64,000 nt of DNA from Octopus sinensis. Lineage: Eukaryota. The notes below the pieces were generated by a model. The model was not told where the DNA came from, did no database searches, and saw nothing but the letters and a program-made list of their open reading frames with translations. Made by a program: the position numbers and the translations under genes. Below are positions 63,243 through 64,000 of this stretch, piece after piece; the first letter of the stretch is position 1; every line of letters starts with the position of its first letter. The DNA is taken from positions 146,072,001-146,136,000 of the forward strand of contig NC_042997.1 of the NCBI RefSeq assembly GCF_006345805.1, read 5' to 3'.

Positions 63243-64000
63243 AGTAGCACCTATATTGCTAGAAATAAGAGTTAGAAATCTTTAAGGCTTATGTGTGTGC
63301 GTGTGTGTGTATTTATGATTGTTTCTTTCAGTTTCCCTATATCAAGTTGACTCATACACTCACAAGGCTTTTGTCATTCTGGAACTATGTGTGTTTGGGA
63401 AGTACGCTTCTTGTCACGCAGCCATACCTAGCTCAGTTAGAGGATGGACGGAAGACAAGAAAACACTCATGACCGTTTCAAGTGGGAAAAGAGGCAAAGA
63501 AAATCACAAGACGTGATACATTGCCGCCTCAATGTTTAAAACAGGATGTTAAAGGCAACATGGACTGAGTGGTCGTGTTTAGCCGGGTGTCATATTTAAT
63601 CTACCATTAAGAAAATACGTACCATATTATCCACAACAGTAATTATCTTATTTCAAATTTAACGCAAATTCACAGGGTTGCTGAAAGGGACTGTTGATTA
63701 CTTAAGTAATGTTTCTTTTATCGAATAAGCTTATTCGATAAAAGAAACATTGGGGGAATGTTAAAATTGATGGTATTTGTAAAATAGACGAAATTTTAAA
63801 ATTTTACATAATTTTTAGAGGGGGTAGAATAGTTGATTAAATCGATCCCAGTACTTGACAGGTACTCTATTTTATCGACCCCGATAAGATAAAAGGTAAA
63901 GCGTATCTCGGGGAGATTTGAACGTGGAATGTAAAGAGTCAGCAGAAATATTACAAGATATTTTTTCCTGATGCTTCAGCGATTCTGCCAGCCCACAGTC

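Overview
AT-rich, microsatellite- and SINE-dense eukaryotic genomic DNA; the repeat content resembles an octopus (cephalopod) genome, which is an inference. One protein-coding gene dominates the window: an integrin beta subunit on the minus strand. I reconstructed it by hand from 21 GT-AG exons (52286 down to 1912) with consistent phases, encoding PSI, hybrid, betaI, four I-EGF, beta-tail, TM and cytoplasmic domains. Two weaker 5' exons could supply a signal peptide (about 776 aa in total). The protein is intact but differs at several normally conserved functional sites: no ADMIDAS Asp-Asp, Leu at the Arg/Lys that plugs the alpha propeller, a short Cys-free specificity loop, one Cys lost and one gained in the lower leg, and a Tyr-free NPxF/NPxF tail. 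The introns hold tRNA-derived SINEs, mariner relics, MITEs and RLE-type LINE relics (R4/Dong-like copies inside (TAA)n, and a HERO-like copy). At least seven minimal hammerhead-ribozyme-like motifs of the Penelope type are present, two of them in a palindromic tRNA-headed element just downstream of the stop codon. Almost all ORFs in the supplied track are microsatellite or repeat artefacts. Repeat boundaries are approximate; exon boundaries were indexed base by base.
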